Shown: piece by piece, positions 8,862 through 18,500 of the stretch
Layout: every line of letters starts with the position of its first letter
How positions within the stretch are numbered: position 1 is the stretch's first letter
Sequence record: OM386652.1
Reading direction: 5' to 3' (one strand)
DNA from: Escherichia phage vB_EcoS_ESCO3
Length of the DNA stretch: 59,956 bases
The notes under the pieces: model-generated
Told to the model about the DNA's origin: nothing
What the model saw: only the letters and a program-made list of their open reading frames with translations
Databases searched by the model: none
Translations under genes and position numbers: made by a program

Positions 8862-9686
8862 TTACTCTGCAGATTTCTGAGACGGAATTTCTACGTTAGC
8901 GGCCGCCTGTGCAATATTAGCAGGTACTGGAACTGATACGCGACCAGTAATGCCCATGTATTTCTTCCAGCGAGCGTATTCCGCTTTGACGTTCGCTTCG
9001 TTCAGGCCTTTGTCCAGTGCAACCGGAAGAACGTAGCTGATCGGTGCAGTCTGGCCCAGCTCCAGTGTGACAGCGTCAAAGATATCCCATGCAGCACGGC
9101 ACAGAGTGCCAACACCAGGCTTACGAATACCATTCTGTTCCGGCTCTTTCTTAGCTTCACGTTCTGCCGCTTTACGAGCGCGCTCTTCGTCTTGCAGACG
9201 TTTCTTCTCAGCGCGTTCTGCGTCACGTTGCGCTTTTTCAGCGGCTTTAGTGGCTTCGCGGGCAGCGGATACACGACCTTTAACATCTTTCAAAGTGGAT
9301 TCAATACCAGAAACCAGATCTTCAGATGCTGTAACGGCAGTTTTCAGTTGATCGTTGTCTTTAACTTTACGTGCTGCCGCTTTAACAGCTTTCAGACCTT
9401 CTTTAGCGGTCTTCAGTTGAGCGGTAACTACACCTTCAACTGCTTTAACTTCGTCCAGCAACGAACCTTCGTTCAGGGTCGCGAACTGTTCTTTAACAGC
9501 GGACACAGCACCTTCGATTACATTGTAACCGGCAGTAGCTTCGTTCATTGCCGCGTCAACTTTAGCCTGCAATTCACGTGCTGCTTTTTCTTCAGCTTCA
9601 CGTTTTTTCTTTGCTTCAGCTTCTTTTGCTGCTTTCTTTGCTGCTTCTTCTGCTTCCAGTTGCTCTGGAGTTTTCTCTTTAGCCAT
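8862..9686 (-). CDS. hypothetical protein, Lys/Ala/Glu-rich coiled-coil
   Basis: 274 aa. Highly charged alpha-helical N-terminal two thirds, globular C-terminus. No catalytic motif recognised. Confidence 0.5.
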   Translation of the reverse strand: MAKEKTPEQLEAEEAAKKAAKEAEAKKKREAEEKAARELQAKVDAAMNEATAGYNVIEGAVSAVKEQFATLNEGSLLDEVKAVEGVVTAQLKTAKEGLKAVKAAARKVKDNDQLKTAVTASEDLVSGIESTLKDVKGRVSAAREATKAAEKAQRDAERAEKKRLQDEERARKAAEREAKKEPEQNGIRKPGVGTLCRAAWDIFDAVTLELGQTAPISYVLPVALDKGLNEANVKAEYARWKKYMGITGRVSVPVPANIAQAAANVEIPSQKSAE

Positions 9687-9781
9687 GATTAAATCCTCAC
9701 AGTGTGGTTATTGGTTGTGAACTACGTTCTAAGTGGTTGCACTATAACCCCTCTAAAAGAACTATGCAATATTTTAGTTAA

Positions 9782-10504
9782 TTAATTTAAGCCACGTTCT
9801 TTTACCCAGACCCCTAATGTATTACTTGATGTATTGCGCTTCACACCTTGTGCCTCTAAACGATCCATCATTTGTTTTCTAAGCTGAAGGATTTCCTTCT
9901 TGTCACGAGGTTCACCAGCTTCTTTCCACATTTCGTCAGCAACAGCGAAAATAATATCGCGAGTGCCGGCTGTACGCGACGTTGCGGCACGTTTTTCGTT
10001 TGCCGGTGTGCTAGCACCTTGCCGCTCTTTTGTCGGTGTCCATGCCCCTTGTATGCCCATATTTGTTTGTATGGTTGGGCCGCCAATGATGGTGGGTTCC
10101 AATGAACTATCATTCCGTACTTGAATATTAGGCTCCTCCCCCAAATCTGGAACAGAGCTGCCTTCGCGGTACATGAACTCACCCTCTTTATTACTAGCAA
10201 TTGCCCAGTCCGCTTGTTCAGCCACATCCGCATCTATTACTGTCTCCGGTATTTCATTTAAAAAGTAATGAATGATCTTACTGATCATTTTCTTTGGATA
10301 TAAAGCACCTTGCTTATTACCCGTTAAGTGGATGTACAAAAGTTGCATTTGCACATCATCAAACTCTTTATACAGTTCTTCAACTTCTAACGGAAGAACT
10401 ACAGAACTTTCACTACAGCATAGAATTCCATACTCATGAAGACGCTGGAAGTTTGGATGCTTGGCTAATACCTGCATCCGATCGTAATCAATTAAGACGT
10501 ACAT
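9782..10504 (-). CDS. hypothetical protein
   Basis: Start placed at the internal ATG at 10504 (MYVLIDYDRM), which abuts the upstream gene stop at 10506. The track ORF extends to 10582. Confidence 0.45.
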   Translation of the reverse strand: MYVLIDYDRMQVLAKHPNFQRLHEYGILCCSESSVVLPLEVEELYKEFDDVQMQLLYIHLTGNKQGALYPKKMISKIIHYFLNEIPETVIDADVAEQADWAIASNKEGEFMYREGSSVPDLGEEPNIQVRNDSSLEPTIIGGPTIQTNMGIQGAWTPTKERQGASTPANEKRAATSRTAGTRDIIFAVADEMWKEAGEPRDKKEILQLRKQMMDRLEAQGVKRNTSSNTLGVWVKERGLN

Positions 10505-10505
10505 G

Positions 10506-10775
10506 TTAATCCTTCCACCATTCAGGCCCACAATACATTCCACGTAGTTCTTCACGCATGTAATTTTCAAACTCATCTTCAATATTGATTACTTGACTTT
10601 CGTGAAAAACCGCTACACCGTGAATAAATCGTTTAGCTCTTTCCCCTTTAATTACACCGTAACCTAACTCCTCCCACTCCTTAAAAGTCTTCCATTCACC
10701 TTCTTCCGGTGAATGGTCGTCACTTCTAAATGTCATCTTTGCCATATAAGCCTCAAAATGGAATGTCGTCATCAA
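10506..10775 (-). CDS. hypothetical protein
   Basis: 89-aa ORF co-oriented in the leftward block. Confidence 0.4.
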   Translation of the reverse strand: MMTTFHFEAYMAKMTFRSDDHSPEEGEWKTFKEWEELGYGVIKGERAKRFIHGVAVFHESQVINIEDEFENYMREELRGMYCGPEWWKD

Positions 10776-10798
10776 AATCTGGTGGTAGTTCTTTACCG

Positions 10799-12757
10799 TT
10801 ACCAGTAAGAATAGGTTGATNAGNNGNANAANNGNAATACTGTCGTACGGGAATCAGTCTGCTCATCTTCATCAAACTTATTCGTATAACTGCCACCAAA
10901 CTGGGACAGACCATTCATTGCTGCAATTTGTACAACCGGACGTTCGTTTGTTGCTTCTTTCTTACCGAACTCACTACCGTCATAACAACTATTCAACACT
11001 TCGGGGAACTTACCCTTCAAGTTGACATAAATGTGCGTCGGTACACGAAGCTGGCTGACCACATTGAGGGCTTCGTCAATGTTAGCTGGGATTGCCAAGC
11101 TGCAATGCTCGCGCCACCAGTTACGCGCTTTCTTACCTGCAAAGCCAGTATGGAACAGGCAGATGTATTGTTGAATAGTTTGTGAGCCACAAAGATAATC
11201 AACACGAAGTGTCGGTGGCTTAGAACGGTCACCCCTGTTCTCGTGACGATAGTAACTCACCATATCAACTTTCAACACTTCAGTAACTGGTAAATCATTC
11301 TTGATAATAGCTTTCGTACTTGCACTCGCCATCAGTTTCTTCTCAAAAGTAAACTCATGACCGCAATAACCAGCACGACACGCTTTATTATTTGTAATGG
11401 TATAACCTAATCCTTGTAGATAGAGTATTTCTTCATGAGACATGCTGCTTGTGTCGAATGGTTTTAACCCACCACAGTAGCGAACTGACGCATGGTTCCA
11501 TGTCTTACATACCGGGCATTCTTTGACAGGTGCAGCGGATTTTCCTTTCTGTCCTGGACGCTTAGGAATTACAGGGTCGTTAATAGGCCCAAGACGTCTC
11601 GTATTGCCTGCGTAATCCAATACAAGACAGTTCTGTTTGTGCGAAGCCGAGATAGCTTGCAAACGACCTTCCGTTGTGGTCAGATCAAAACCATCAGCAT
11701 AATCAGGTCGAGTACCACGTCCAAGCATTTGAACCCATAGGCGGGAAGATTGAGACGGTCGCATACCAATTATTAAGTCAAGACCCGGATGGTCAAAACC
11801 TGTCGTTAATACGTTGTTGTTCGCTATTGCCTGCAAACGACCAGCTTTAAAGTCAATAAGGTACTGGTCACGCAAGGCTTTCGGTGTATCACCAGTTACA
11901 ACTTCACAACTAATACCGCGCTCATTGAGATAGTCTTTGACATCTTTTGCATGGTCTACACCAGCGCAAAAGATAAGCCAACTCATTCTATTCTCTTCTT
12001 CCGCAATACTAATTGCATCATCTAATAAATGGCGCGTTACATCAGGGTCATTTACAACCTTCTGAAGTTCACTTTCAATGAACTCACCGCCTCGAGTATG
12101 AACACCACTTACATCATACTCTTTCTTTGTTTTACGTGGTACTAACGGAACCAGATAACCTTCATCAATGAACCAGTTGAAGCACTCTACGGTACACGCG
12201 TTAAATACAATTTCATCAAATAGAGCGTTAGGTGCATAATCATCCTTGATAATAGAACCAAAACCAAGACGCCAACTTGTAGCAGTGAGACCGATAATCT
12301 TTAGATATGGATTCTTTTCACGAATCTGCGCAAAGAACTTCTGATAACTTGTTTGCTGATTTGGACTAATAAGGTCACATTCGTCAACTATAATAATATC
12401 AACGTCCTCAAAGTATTTAGCTTGTTTTGCAACAGACTGAATACCTGCGAACGTTATCATTGCGTTCTTATCTTTGCGACCCATACCAGCACTATAAATA
12501 CCAGTCGGTGCTTCAGGCCACAACTTCTTGAATTTATCGTGGTTCTGGTCTATCAATTCTTTTACGTGAGTAATTACCATCATGCGGGTACTACCCCAAT
12601 TATCATGAATTGTCTTTAATAGACCAGCAATTACAAGGGACTTACCAGTCCCTGTAGGCAACAAGATAACAGGATTTCCTGACTTTTCACCATGCTTGAT
12701 GAAATAGCGCAATGTACTATTTACAGCTTCTTGCTGATAATCACGTAGTTTGAACAT
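10799..12757 (-). CDS. SF2 DNA helicase (DEAD/DEAH-box type) with C-terminal Cys-rich region
   Basis: 652 aa. Walker A LLPTGTGKS, DExD box IIVDECDL, arginine finger QMLGRGTRP. The 3' end of the gene spans ambiguous bases (N at 10821-10835), so the C-terminus is uncertain. Confidence 0.7.
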   Translation of the reverse strand: MFKLRDYQQEAVNSTLRYFIKHGEKSGNPVILLPTGTGKSLVIAGLLKTIHDNWGSTRMMVITHVKELIDQNHDKFKKLWPEAPTGIYSAGMGRKDKNAMITFAGIQSVAKQAKYFEDVDIIIVDECDLISPNQQTSYQKFFAQIREKNPYLKIIGLTATSWRLGFGSIIKDDYAPNALFDEIVFNACTVECFNWFIDEGYLVPLVPRKTKKEYDVSGVHTRGGEFIESELQKVVNDPDVTRHLLDDAISIAEEENRMSWLIFCAGVDHAKDVKDYLNERGISCEVVTGDTPKALRDQYLIDFKAGRLQAIANNNVLTTGFDHPGLDLIIGMRPSQSSRLWVQMLGRGTRPDYADGFDLTTTEGRLQAISASHKQNCLVLDYAGNTRRLGPINDPVIPKRPGQKGKSAAPVKECPVCKTWNHASVRYCGGLKPFDTSSMSHEEILYLQGLGYTITNNKACRAGYCGHEFTFEKKLMASASTKAIIKNDLPVTEVLKVDMVSYYRHENRGDRSKPPTLRVDYLCGSQTIQQYICLFHTGFAGKKARNWWREHCSLAIPANIDEALNVVSQLRVPTHIYVNLKGKFPEVLNSCYDGSEFGKKEATNERPVVQIAAMNGLSQFGGSYTNKFDEDEQTDSRTTVXXXXXXSTYSYW

Positions 12758-13708
12758 TTACTCACCGTAATAATCTGCTGCTTCGTATTGACCACATGCT
12801 GCCATCTGATCTTCCTTCGTTAATACACCTTCTGTTCCATCGGTAATGTATGCAGTAGCAGAAGCCACTTTGATTGCACATCTCCACGTTCCGTCTTCAA
12901 GCGGGTATGAGTGCTTACAGGTGCGGCAGTTAACTTCAGGCATTTTGTTGTTGTGGCATACCGCTTTGTGGTCACACCATTTGCATTTATAGTAAGATTT
13001 ACTTTCATTGAGTTTAGGTGGTGGGCATTCTGCCAGTGCAATCACAAATCCACGGTCTTTGTAGCGTTCTGCGGTTTCTTTATCAAACGGCACAAGCTCT
13101 GCCCAGATCTCGTCCGTGTTCTTATTAACTGCAATATAAAGAGCGGCTGGGAGCCCATAGTACAACATGTATTCCTGCATCTGAACATAGTGCTCCCATT
13201 TGGATTCCATCACACCATTAACGACAAGTTTCTTGAACGAATCATTATTGTGCGTTTTCATCTCCGTTAAGATTGGTGTAGAAGGTTGTGGCATGTCAGG
13301 GCAACCAATGACAATACCATCTATCGCGGAGCCAAAGTGCCCGTTGAGATAGCTAACTCGATACTGGCTGCCATTTTCGTCTTGTTGGATGACTTGCATA
13401 CCGGCAGTAAGTAATAAGGCCACGAAGCGACCTTCTTCAAGATGCCCGCGATTGAATAGACGTAAGGTCTTACCGTTAAAGCGTGGTTTTGTTGCCCATC
13501 GCCATCCGTAGAAAATTGCTCTGCTACACTCTTGCCCGATAAGACTAATCCCAAGATGCGAACGGAATCCACCATCTCCCTCTCGATATGCGTCTTCAAT
13601 ATGCGGTAATACTTTTCCGAGCCATACTCTGTAAGCGGATCCTTGATCTCGTTCAATACACTCATTGAATAACTCCATTGTCTTAGTAGCAGGATAAAAA
13701 TGTGGCAT
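12758..13708 (-). CDS. PD-(D/E)xK exonuclease, Cas4/RecB-like with 4-Cys cluster
   Basis: 316 aa. Nuclease core AIDGIVIG...ILTEMKT (D...E.K) plus Cys at GQECS and C-terminal CKWCDHKAVC, compatible with an Fe-S Cas4/RecB-family exonuclease. Confidence 0.5.
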   Translation of the reverse strand: MPHFYPATKTMELFNECIERDQGSAYRVWLGKVLPHIEDAYREGDGGFRSHLGISLIGQECSRAIFYGWRWATKPRFNGKTLRLFNRGHLEEGRFVALLLTAGMQVIQQDENGSQYRVSYLNGHFGSAIDGIVIGCPDMPQPSTPILTEMKTHNNDSFKKLVVNGVMESKWEHYVQMQEYMLYYGLPAALYIAVNKNTDEIWAELVPFDKETAERYKDRGFVIALAECPPPKLNESKSYYKCKWCDHKAVCHNNKMPEVNCRTCKHSYPLEDGTWRCAIKVASATAYITDGTEGVLTKEDQMAACGQYEAADYYGE

Positions 13709-13770
13709 ATCATAATCCTATATAGAAAAATAAAGCTCCCGGAGGAGCTTTATTATAACATGATTTTTAA

Positions 13771-14685
13771 TTACTGTGCAGCGTCATCGCCTTCAGTGGA
13801 ACGTTTCCACGGTGGAGTCTTGGTCTGAGCTGCTTTAGCGATATCGTCCTGGACTTCAGGTTCTGCATGGTTAGCAGTACCAGTGTTTTGAGCTTGAGTT
13901 TGCGGTTGCTCTGCTCCAGGCTGTACCTGCTGAGTTGCCCAGTTAGGTTGCTGCGTCTGCTGCGGCTGCTGCGCACCAGTAGCCCACGGTTGGGATTGTG
14001 CCGCGCTGTTAAAATCAACTGTTCCAGACTGCTGCTGTTGCTGTACCGGCTGCTGCGGCTGTTGTTGCTGCTGCGGTTGCTGGAACCCCTGAGTCTGAGG
14101 TTGTTGCTGCGGCTGCTGCGGCTGCTGCCCAAATGCGCCCGGGAAACCCTGCTGCGGCTGCTGCTGTTGCTGCTGAGCACCACCGAACGCACCGCCACCA
14201 AATGCTGGAGATTGTGCTGCCGCTGCCGGAGTTGATTTAGGCAGGTTAGCCATATCCGCCTTAGTTGCGTATACAACACCTTCCATGTTATCAATTGCTT
14301 GATAAATCTGAGGTTCGTTGTTTGGCTCATAGCCAGGTTGCTGACGAACTTTCACTTTCAGGTTAAACGGAATACCGTGCAGTTGTTCAGTATCGTTCCA
14401 AACTGGAACTTTAACAGCACGGGACAGCTCTGCCAGTTCTTCCATTGCAATCTGTACAGCGACAGGGTTCGCGTTCTTGACGTTGTAACCGCCAAACATC
14501 ACACGACCAGCAAAATCACCCTGCATGATCTTAAACTGAAGATTCAGACGCGCACCGCCTGGAGTTTTAGTCGGTTTGATTTCAGAGTTTACAATCTGAA
14601 CAACATACCAACCAGCGGGCATCAAGCTGTTGTGTTGACGCTCTGCGTGCTGTCCAGCGTTAAATTGCATTCCTAAACCGGCCAT
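13771..14685 (-). CDS. putative ssDNA-binding/annealing partner protein with Gln-rich low-complexity C-terminus
   Basis: 304 aa. Globular N-terminal domain, then a long Q/P/G-rich tract. Lies immediately downstream of the Sak4-like ATPase, a position often held by an SSB-like partner. Confidence 0.4.
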   Translation of the reverse strand: MAGLGMQFNAGQHAERQHNSLMPAGWYVVQIVNSEIKPTKTPGGARLNLQFKIMQGDFAGRVMFGGYNVKNANPVAVQIAMEELAELSRAVKVPVWNDTEQLHGIPFNLKVKVRQQPGYEPNNEPQIYQAIDNMEGVVYATKADMANLPKSTPAAAAQSPAFGGGAFGGAQQQQQQPQQGFPGAFGQQPQQPQQQPQTQGFQQPQQQQQPQQPVQQQQQSGTVDFNSAAQSQPWATGAQQPQQTQQPNWATQQVQPGAEQPQTQAQNTGTANHAEPEVQDDIAKAAQTKTPPWKRSTEGDDAAQ

Positions 14686-15431
14686 TATTGTACCCCTTTG
14701 ATTTTGTTAATGATTGCACCGAGATGTGGATATTCCATCTGTTCTAACGAACCAGAACGATCTTTACATACATTTGACAGATCTGGTCTGGTCAGCAGAT
14801 AACGAAAATCTGCTTGAGTATTTTGGTCTTTACCAACACTAATTTTGAACACTTCGTCAAAAAAGTATGGTAATTCTGGACCTAATTTTGCACCAGGCAT
14901 AGAAGGACCATAAGACGTAATACCTGTCAGCTCATCCTTGTTACGGGACATTTTAGCTGCCATATACACGTTAAGTCCAGGAATATCTCGAAAAGCACGA
15001 ACCAAAGTTTGCATCTTCTCAATGAGATCCCCATAAGCCTGACGCGGATCTTTCACAGTACGCTTCGCATTGTTAAGGCACTTTTCAGCAATCTCAGTAA
15101 GTGAATCCAGTGCAAGAGACTGAAAGCGCGGTAAACCGTCTTCACCTACAGGATTGTTTGCAGGGTTAGTCGCCCAAACATAAGCCTGCTCCACATCCTG
15201 GATATTTTCAACCGTGATGGTTGGAATATCGTAACAGATATCTTGTCTGTTTTCACCAAACACACGAGCAATGTTATTCGGTGTTAAAGACAGAAGCCCA
15301 GACTCTGCAGAAATCAGCAACGGTCTTGGAAGAGTTGCCGTAAGCATGGTCTTACCCATACCGGATTCACCATACACAAGCATCTTGACACCAGTGTCTA
15401 GAACTGCTTGAGCGGTAGTTGTAAATTGCAT
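14685..15431 (-). CDS. Sak4-like RecA-family recombination ATPase
   Basis: 248 aa. Walker A VYGESGMGKT; compact single-domain RecA-like ATPase next to the exonuclease and SSB-like gene. Confidence 0.55.
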   Translation of the reverse strand: MQFTTTAQAVLDTGVKMLVYGESGMGKTMLTATLPRPLLISAESGLLSLTPNNIARVFGENRQDICYDIPTITVENIQDVEQAYVWATNPANNPVGEDGLPRFQSLALDSLTEIAEKCLNNAKRTVKDPRQAYGDLIEKMQTLVRAFRDIPGLNVYMAAKMSRNKDELTGITSYGPSMPGAKLGPELPYFFDEVFKISVGKDQNTQADFRYLLTRPDLSNVCKDRSGSLEQMEYPHLGAIINKIKGVQ

Positions 15432-15495
15432 AAGTTATTCCTTGTGTGGTTACGGTTGCAATACTAAGACCTAATTAACTTGAATGCAAACGTGA

Positions 15496-16440
15496 TTATT
15501 CACTAATATCTGTTGGATCACGGAAACTTTGATGCGTAGGAATACGCAATTTGTCTTTCATACCGTGAGCAAAGAATTTCCATTTAGAAATCTTCCCAAT
15601 GAATTCATCAGGATGCTCAAAATAATATTTACGTTCTTCGTGCGTAAGACGACCAGCACCTACACGCATCTCTTGCCCGACTTCAATAAGATCTTCGAGT
15701 CCTTCTGGTACTGTAAGCACACGTACATCAAATGAGCCAACCATACCATTTGGAATCATATTTTCCTGATGGGATGAACGGAACGTCTGTCCTAATTCGT
15801 TAATCTGAGCCTCATTTGCGTTGGTGCAACCTTCGATGATACGAATGATCTCACCTTCACCATCAGTGAAACGTTTAATGCGGAGATAACCGCCTTCACG
15901 CTGCGTACTACGACCCCATTTATATTTCGCTTCAAGGTCACGAATAATAACACCTTCGTATCCCATATCGAGCCAAATATTTTCCCACTCCAGGAGTTCT
16001 TGTTCGTTGTTGACCACATACAACGGCACAAGTTTCACGTCCATCAACTCGCCGTTAGCGTGGCATTCGTCCACGTACTTCTTGAGCATATCATAACGCT
16101 CTTTGTACGGTAGATGTGCAACATTCGGTTCGCACAAATCGAACACATGCCACGTCCAAACGTATTCACCTTCAATTTTAGATGTTGCACTACTTGTTTT
16201 GCGACATAAGTCAAAGTCCGTTTCGTCCCCAACGGCAAGCTCACCGTCCATACCATCATAGATGGGGGATCCAAATACCTTTGCCACCTGCTTATTTGCA
16301 AAAGATTTAAGACTTCGTCCAACAAGCTCCCCAAACGGTTTCATCCCACGAACGCCGTCAATTTTAGGCATGATACCTACAGGGTATTTCTGTTTAGCTG
16401 AATCCCAATCTGTTGCTAGATAAGGTTTAAATCGAGCCAT
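15496..16440 (-). CDS. ATP-dependent DNA ligase
   Basis: 314 aa. Nucleotidyltransferase motif I KIDGVRG (KxDGxR), motif IV EGVIIRD, motif V YLRIKRF. Confidence 0.65.
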   Translation of the reverse strand: MARFKPYLATDWDSAKQKYPVGIMPKIDGVRGMKPFGELVGRSLKSFANKQVAKVFGSPIYDGMDGELAVGDETDFDLCRKTSSATSKIEGEYVWTWHVFDLCEPNVAHLPYKERYDMLKKYVDECHANGELMDVKLVPLYVVNNEQELLEWENIWLDMGYEGVIIRDLEAKYKWGRSTQREGGYLRIKRFTDGEGEIIRIIEGCTNANEAQINELGQTFRSSHQENMIPNGMVGSFDVRVLTVPEGLEDLIEVGQEMRVGAGRLTHEERKYYFEHPDEFIGKISKWKFFAHGMKDKLRIPTHQSFRDPTDISE

Positions 16441-17017
16441 TGAAATTTACCTTTGTGTGTTCCCGAACAAGAAGTTTTAACTTCCTAACCCAAGATTGCT
16501 GTTTCTCAATGTTAACTTTCTTCGGTTTAGGAATAACAGATTTTGCTGTATCTACTTTTAACTTATCGTAGTCCATGCGTCGTCTACCTTTTCGCATGTG
16601 CATACCCGCAATCTCATCACACTTGTCTTGTGCAAGACTACGGGAATCCATCCTACCCGAATGACCTTTAACATGACGGAATTGAAAACTAAGTCTATTC
16701 TCGACAATAGTATCCATGAACCATTTATATATTTGCTGCTCTTCTCCTCTCGGTGGACGTTTACCTTCGAACATATGGATAGCTGCTTTGCAATCCGTCT
16801 GGAACAATATAACGTCGTTTGTGTAGATAAGTCCAGCCTCTATACCGTGATATAAACCGTTAGCTACTGCAATACATTCAACTACGGTATTATCCGTGTG
16901 ACCATGCGCAGGACCACCAAAAGCCTTCTTACCCCGCTTGGAGGCTACCCAAATCCCATAGCCTCCACATTTAGTACGGTGACAAAACGACGCATCCGAT
17001 ATTATCGTGATGAGCAT
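16427..17017 (-). CDS. ribonuclease H-like protein
   Basis: 196 aa. RNase H-type acidic residues in IISDASF, VECIAVANGL, FQTDCKAAI and HVKGHSG...DKCDE. Confidence 0.5.
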   Translation of the reverse strand: MLITIISDASFCHRTKCGGYGIWVASKRGKKAFGGPAHGHTDNTVVECIAVANGLYHGIEAGLIYTNDVILFQTDCKAAIHMFEGKRPPRGEEQQIYKWFMDTIVENRLSFQFRHVKGHSGRMDSRSLAQDKCDEIAGMHMRKGRRRMDYDKLKVDTAKSVIPKPKKVNIEKQQSWVRKLKLLVREHTKVNFNGSI

Positions 17018-17443
17018 TTAACCCTTCTTAACAGCGATCTTAACCTGCGGAGAACCTGGAGTTGTGGTCACACATTCGTCAAAGATGGCCAACTGTTCAG
17101 CTGTGAGCTTACGATATGCAGCCACACGGAGTTCTACTTTAGTTTCAGTAACTTCGTTGACATCCACACCAGCTTCAATAAGGTCTGGCAGGATCTGACT
17201 AAAGATCGCCTTATCAACTTTACGCGTATAAGGTTGAGTAACAACAAGATCATCACCTGTATCAAGTTTAATCTTGTTAGTATTTTCGTTAAGACCATCT
17301 GGAAAGAAGACGCTAACCACACTTTGGCGCAGTGCGCGTTCTTGTGCTTGAACTTTGGCTAATTCTTCTTTCTTAGAATACCAGTTGTAAAGGAGTTCGT
17401 ACTTCTGCTCTTCCGTTAAGTTCATTTCTGGTAACTGGACCAT
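17018..17443 (-). CDS. hypothetical protein
   Basis: 141-aa ORF in the leftward block. Confidence 0.45.
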   Translation of the reverse strand: MVQLPEMNLTEEQKYELLYNWYSKKEELAKVQAQERALRQSVVSVFFPDGLNENTNKIKLDTGDDLVVTQPYTRKVDKAIFSQILPDLIEAGVDVNEVTETKVELRVAAYRKLTAEQLAIFDECVTTTPGSPQVKIAVKKG

Positions 17444-17452
17444 GTTATCACC

Positions 17453-17770
17453 TTATTGCAAAGATAAAGATACAGTAATAAAGTTTCTTACCTGAATATC
17501 ACTACTTACATTCCTGTCAACCATTGTGGATTCTACGAACTGCATTACCTCCTTCGTAGACATACCTGATTCTAAAGATGTTCTTGCAGCTTTACACAGA
17601 CCGATGCTAGTCTTAATAACGTTATCGATATACTTCTTATCAATATTGTAACGCTCATTCTTAATAAGAATGTCTTTATTTACAATACTTGAAACAGTTT
17701 CACAATTGAACGTATATGCGTTCGCGTTGAAAGATACAACCAATCCTAACAAAACAAGTAGCTTTTTCAT
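17453..17770 (-). CDS. hypothetical secreted protein (signal peptide)
   Basis: Start placed at the ATG at 17770 with an AAGGAG ribosome-binding site. N-terminus MKKLLVLLGLVVSFNANA resembles a Sec signal peptide. AT-rich gene. Confidence 0.45.
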   Translation of the reverse strand: MKKLLVLLGLVVSFNANAYTFNCETVSSIVNKDILIKNERYNIDKKYIDNVIKTSIGLCKAARTSLESGMSTKEVMQFVESTMVDRNVSSDIQVRNFITVSLSLQ

Positions 17771-17842
17771 TTCTAGCTCCTTTTTTCTTAATGAGGGTAT
17801 GTTACCCAACTAAAACGTTGATGTAAATACCCTCGGAGCTTA

Positions 17843-18361
17843 TTACAACTTACCAGTAGAACCAAAACCCCCGCGACCTGTTTCTTCTACAATACCAGAA
17901 ACAATGCGCATACGAACCAGCTCCACAAGACGAGCTTGTGCAATACGTTCGCCAACCTGAACCGTGTAAGGTGCATAAGAGTCGTTATGCAGACGTATTT
18001 TCAGTTCATCGCGGTAATCGTGATCAATGATACCTGTGCAGTTACCTAAACGAATCCCGTGTTTAAACCCGTGACCGCTACGTGAATAGACTTCCATACC
18101 GTAACCATGAGGGATCTGCAGCTTAATACCTGTGTTGAACGTATAAGCACGACCGGCATAAATAGTTACAGGCTCTGGTTCATCCGCATAGATATCAAAG
18201 CACATAGAACCTGGAGTGGCAAATCGTGGCATTTGAGCAGTGTCCGTAAGGAGTTCCACAATTAGCTGTTCCACAGCGCCATCTTGAACCGCAATAGTAC
18301 CTTTGACACTTACATCTTTGATAATATCAGACATATTGTCTTTCTTAGTCATGTTTTTCAC
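17843..18361 (-). CDS. dut: dUTP diphosphatase (dUTPase)
   Basis: 172 aa. dUTPase motifs RSGHGFKHG, GIIDHDYRDE and C-terminal RGGFGSTG. Confidence 0.85.
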   Translation of the reverse strand: MKNMTKKDNMSDIIKDVSVKGTIAVQDGAVEQLIVELLTDTAQMPRFATPGSMCFDIYADEPEPVTIYAGRAYTFNTGIKLQIPHGYGMEVYSRSGHGFKHGIRLGNCTGIIDHDYRDELKIRLHNDSYAPYTVQVGERIAQARLVELVRMRIVSGIVEETGRGGFGSTGKL

Positions 18362-18500
18362 TCTCTTTATTAGACAGACGTTGTTCCCATTGTTTCTTTA
18401 ACTGATAATAACGATAAGCATCCTCACCAGTTTCAGCTTCCCGTTGCATACGTTCACACCATTGAACGGGACTTTCCTCACAACTCACTTCTTACACCTC

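Noticed and set aside
9192-9692. 166-aa plus-strand ORF rich in Cys/Phe antisense to the Lys/Ala/Glu-rich gene
   Set aside because: Entirely antisense to a better-supported minus-strand gene; composition is the mirror image of GCN/GAR-rich codons on the other strand. Typical shadow ORF.
13767-14330. Two long ORFs (13767..14330 minus and 13867..14235 plus) encoding Ser/Arg- or Leu/Arg-rich proteins
   Set aside because: Both lie within the CAG/CAA repeat tract of the SSB-like gene; open frames are a by-product of the low-complexity repeat.
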